From Bugula neritina (taxonomy: Eukaryota; Animalia; Bryozoa), in the NCBI GenBank assembly GCA_964035545.1, contig OZ037771.1, positions 13,019,133 through 13,083,132 on the forward strand: a DNA stretch of 64,000 bases. The letters are read 5' to 3'. Within the stretch, counting starts at the first letter, position 1. Every line of letters starts with the position of its first letter. The notes under the pieces are model-generated. The model was given only the letters and a program-made list of their open reading frames with translations, ran no database searches and was not told the origin of the DNA. Positions 59,250 to 64,000 of this stretch are shown here, one piece after another. The position numbers and the translations under genes are program-made.

Positions 59250-59820
59250 CTTTACAGTAGTAGAAATTGATTACAAAACGCAAGTTGAAGTTGGAGTTTA
59301 CTTGGAGCTAAAATTTTCATCATTCGGGTAAACATTGGGCTGGGATCCTTACTAGTACAGTTAAAAGCCGGGATGTATATTAAAAACAAAGAGTCTAAGC
59401 TACGGGTAAAATGTATCGGGCTCATTTTTATTTTAGCAATGTTTTGAATACAATGCATATGCCATATAGTATTATCATAATAGTTTTATAGAGTTATCTC
59501 CTTCAAGAAGAGAGTTCTGGGATTTTGTCGCATTATGATTCGTTGTAGCATGGCCCTAACTTCATTGATTAATAAGAAATCAGCCCTATAGGCTACAGCC
59601 ACTACACTGCAATATAAAATATCGCTAGAAGCAGCACCACCAGAGTTTAGTCTTTAATTTTGTAAACACATGCATGCAATCACTGAACTGGAATATTATT
59701 ATTGGGTTCATTGCCCGAACTGAGGGAGGGACCTCCCCAACCAATGCACTCGGTGACCACCAAATTGGTGTTGCTTCTAGCAATTTTCTGTGACATGTGC
59801 CACAATTTTTTTACTTTTGG
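59250..59820. promoter_or_regulatory. Putative bidirectional promoter core for KAT7 and WDR55
   Basis: GC/CpG-richer segment with CCAAT (~59741) between divergent genes, bracketed by periodic tracts. Confidence 0.45.
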
Positions 59821-61102
59821 TACACTACTACTAAACACTGGTAGTACTAGTACTAGTAATACTGGTATTTATCACTATCATAGTATTACCATTATAGTAC
59901 AATTTTGAAAAAAAAATACCTAAAAGGTTGCATACGTTAGTCACTAAAACACTGAAAACACTTTTTTCAGTTATACTAATACTCATACTCATACGGATCA
60001 AGTAATCATGATGCGTTCATGATATGATCGTGATGTGCGATAGTCATAGAAGTGATAGACTCATGCTGATGCTGTCATGGCAATACTGATAGTAATAATT
60101 AATATTATTTTAATTGAATTGTCATTACTCATTATGATTATGGTTATCAAATTGCGAATTAAATCATTCCGAGTCAGTCTCACGAGTCATGATACAATCA
60201 CAATGAGTAGCCTATGACATTGTCAAGTTGTATGCATCGTATTGTAATTTTATTTGTTGTAAAATTCCTAGCATTTAGTTGAATATCATAGTTTCATATG
60301 CAATAAGGATACCACTATAACAGCATAAGTATTTTATTTTTAATAGTAACAAATAGTAAATACTAAAACAAGTAATTGAATGATATTAGTAGTGCTTCAG
60401 TTTATCATCTAACAGTAACAGCACTCGACGTCAAATCAAGGTTGCCGTAATGACAATGATTGTGATAACGGCAATCATGCTGCAATGATGTGAATTAATA
60501 TTAATATGATATTCGTTATGAGCGAATATCAATAGAAGTTATTGTAAAACTGAATCTAACAGTTGTATTTAATATTAATGTTAGTGCTACAGTTGGTGAC
60601 CCATCCAAATTTTTGTTTTCTTTTTACAAAATATCCCGTTACTATTTAAGTTGAAACTAAAACAATAAACTGTATTGTAAGAGTCTGATTATTAGACTTA
60701 GAGCTAAACTAAGAGAAAAACTGTAAGTGTTAATTTTTTAAATTAAAATATTATAATAAACATTTATAATACTGGTAGTGCAAAAATAGCTATAACTAAA
60801 CGTACTTTTCAATGTTAAATAATTATATATTTTTACTCATAAAAATCTATAATAATATTAACCTAATTAATTTATTATCATTTTCATTATTTGATAATGA
60901 TACTTTTTAATATGAAATATAATTTATAATGAGTTAATATTATGCTCATGTTCATGATGAATCTTATGATGTATCTGCATTGACAGACTTATCTTGAAAT
61001 AGGACTTATATTTTTGTAGTTATTCACTATTGATTCATAATTATTTTTACTGCATTGCAGTGAAAGTGTTTTGGAACAATCTGTTTGCAAAGCTATTTAT
61101 TA

Positions 61103-63832
61103 ATGGTAAGTGATTTCCTGGTTTCCTCAAGAAATAAATTAATCCTCATGTCATTTATGTATGATAAGAAATCGCATTATTGTCAAATTAAATTTGCAGC
61201 ATGGTCTTACAGAATTTTTGGCTCTGCAGCAGTGGCTGTATTAGCATCGGTATTTTGAATTGTTTTTTACAAGCTAGAACCAAAATAATAGTTTTTTTTT
61301 AGATTTTTCTAGTTTATAAATTATTATGAATTAAATTGTATTGTATAAATTATAGTAGTGTGTTGAATAGATATATGCATTTGTTTCTCAGACATGTCAC
61401 AAATTGTGTTCTCTAATTATTTTGTTCAGTAAATCAGTCATCCGCCAATTTTTCAGGCTACTAGTGAAGAGAATACAACTCCTGATAACATTGCATGTCC
61501 CCAGCAAGTAACAGATATATGTTTCCACACCACGAAACCTGCTTTAATTGTTGGAGACATTCTTGGAAAAGTTACCCTGTAAGCTGTCGTTACAATTCTC
61601 TTTAGCAATTTGGTTTATTGTTTGCTTTTGTACATAAGCATGCCTAGTGTTTTGCCACATTGGTGTAGTAGCTAACGGCTGGGGTTTCAAGTAGTATACA
61701 CACCAAAGTGAACTCGTCATAGATGCGTGTATAGTTTGTGTATTTTATGTATAATAAGTTGTTTCAGAGGTTCATGTGAAATTCCAAGCACCATAAAAAT
61801 ATAAACCAATTATAGAGAGTTGAGGAAACCAATGCACTATGGGTAGACAGCTATTGACTAATTGTGCTTTGTAACGTTGAATGCTTGTCACTCAAAGAAC
61901 TCCATTATGATATTGAAATGATGTTATGGTTGGATGTAATGTATGCCAAGTAAGGTAATATTTTATACAGGTATAGTTATGATGATGAAGGTAAAGTTCA
62001 TGAGCTGCGGACACATGAGCACCACAAGAATACGATTCGATGCGTGCTTGTGACCGCAGACGGACAGACAATGTTCACGGCCGGTAAAGATAAGAGCTGG
62101 TGTAAAGTGGATCTCGAAAGTGGTGCGTTACTCCATGAACAGAGCAAAGCCCACGAGTAAGTAAAGTCTAGTCTTATAGTTGTAAGGTAACCTGTATGTT
62201 AGAGGTAGTGACTTGAAATAAAGAAACTTGAAGAAGCTTGAACTGAAAAGACCTGTAGAAGAAAATGAACAAACTAAACTCCTATGAGTAGATTCAACTG
62301 TATGAAATGCAGAAAACATTAAATTATAGGGAATATTTTATTATAGGTAAATCTACCATATACTCATACTCGTATTTTGCTCCTAATTAATTTTCAGAAG
62401 TTACTTGTAAATATTTAATTGTCAAGTGTTTTTGTTGTCATTTGTAGTGAAAGTAGAAGCTACAAAAGATCAGCATAAAAAAGCAACTTGTTTGATTTAT
62501 ACGATAATTGTTTTTTATTTTCAGCCTACGGGCTGTGTTATTATATATATTGCTTATTAGACAGAATGTCATAAATCATTCTCACTACAACAGCTTTGTG
62601 TGTTCTTTTAGAGGTGCCATATACAGCGCTGAAGTGATTGACTCGAATGTGATGCTCACCGGAGACGAGGATGGTGTTATTAAAATGTGGGATATGAGAA
62701 GGTATGATTACATAGAGATGATAACTCTGATAACCCTTCGTACGTCTCACAGTTATACAGGTTACAATGTATCATCTTATTCTGTACCAGGTTACCAGGG
62801 CCGGTGATGGAGCTGAAGGAAAATGACGACTACATAAGCGATATGGTGTGCCATGATGACAGGAAACACCTACTAGTCAGCAGGTACTGTTCTTCCTGTG
62901 TGTCAGTCAGAGAATAAAATTACATTATGCATTTGAACTAGCTTTTCATTTATTATTGTTTATTATTTATGATTTTCAGTCATTTTGATTTCTGATCGAC
63001 TATGAACTTCTGCACATTAGTAAATAGCTCTTTACAAGTTTTTCTCCTTTTTTCAAATTTATTTTCCCATGTTTTTGAATTTTTTTTACAGAATATTTCA
63101 CATTTTTATCAACTTTTTTCTTCGTTTGCTGAACCTGCTTGTTAAGAGGAAATAGGTAGTAGGCATGGTATTGTGACGTAATCCAATCCACTGGTAGCAG
63201 AAGCTCATAATAATCAATAGTTGAATTCTATAGATTATTGCATTTTTTTTCTCTGCAGTGGAGACGGAACACTGAGCTGTGTCAACATCAAAAACAGGAA
63301 ATTAGAGTTGCAGTCGGAGTTATTTGACTCCGATTTCCTGTCTCTCGCAATCATGAAGGTAAGAAACTGTCCAACTGCGATATCATGTTCAACCAACTCT
63401 GTTATATCTTCACGTTTGCTGCAGAATTGTAAATAACATTGACGAGCATTCTTAATTATTATCTTCTTCAAGTAAGAAAACGACATCAGTGACCATTCCC
63501 TGTCCCACATTCCCGAGATCAACCTCTTTCATTCTTCAATTAAACCCCATGCTTACTCATGTGTATAGATTAGTGACCAAGTGAGATAGAATCAGCCTGT
63601 TGTCTTTTATGGCACGCCAGCAACACTGTTGTGAATTCATACCTGTATGATGCACCTTGTAGAATGCCAGCAAGGTGGTGTGTGGAGATGGGGACGGGAC
63701 GTTGCAGATTTTCAACTGGGGAGAATGGGGAAATGTCAGCGACAGATATCCCGGTCATTCTGGCAGCATAGACAGCATGCTGCCTCTTAGTGAAGATGTC
63801 ATATGTACCGGCTGTGAAGATGGAAAACTCCG
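61103..63832 (+). CDS. WDR55: WD repeat-containing protein 55 (3' end outside window)
   Basis: ATG|gtaag at 61103, then TPDNIACPQQVTDICFHT, VGDILGKVTLYSY, HHKNTIRCV, TGDEDGVIKMWDMR, ENDDYISDM, SGDGTLS, QSELFDSDFLSL, FNWGEWGNVSDRYPGH, TGCEDGKLR. Confidence 0.92.
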
Positions 63833-64000
63833 GTAGGTGTACTTATCAGTATGGGACATGTACCTACTTGTAGTCATATTATTACCAATGTTGGTTACCT
63901 GGTTATCATTTCAACCTCATGGCTACATGTTGTAGGGTACTTGTTTACAGCTCATTGGTCAACAAACTTGTGATTGACTTGTGGTATAAATATGTAGATA

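Overview
AT-rich, gene-dense, intron-containing genomic DNA from a metazoan invertebrate. Lophotrochozoan origin is plausible, but the species cannot be determined from sequence alone. By hand-splicing GT-AG exons I find nine protein-coding genes: the 3' part of an unrecognised Cys-rich tandem-domain protein (+), MIPEP (-), a Smac/DIABLO-like gene (+, head-to-head with MIPEP), PLPP4/5-type phospholipid phosphatase (-), ANKUB1 (-), CAB39/MO25 (-), a flavin monooxygenase (+), KAT7/HBO1 (-) and the 5' part of WDR55 (+). Mobile DNA includes six copies of one tRNA-derived SINE, two inverted-repeat elements and a possible solo LTR. Most long ORFs in the supplied track are artefacts of minisatellites. 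Four observations stand out. (1) The Smac/DIABLO-like protein has a putative AQPI IAP-binding motif behind a VSA cleavage site. (2) Intronic minisatellites are repeatedly anchored at splice sites and several duplicate the site itself, including an in-frame donor array and a triplicated HEXXH exon end. (3) Degenerate 3/6-nt periodic tracts bracket the putative housekeeping promoters. (4) The orphan protein contains two copies of a cysteine-scaffold domain. Gene models are manual and not validated by RNA data.
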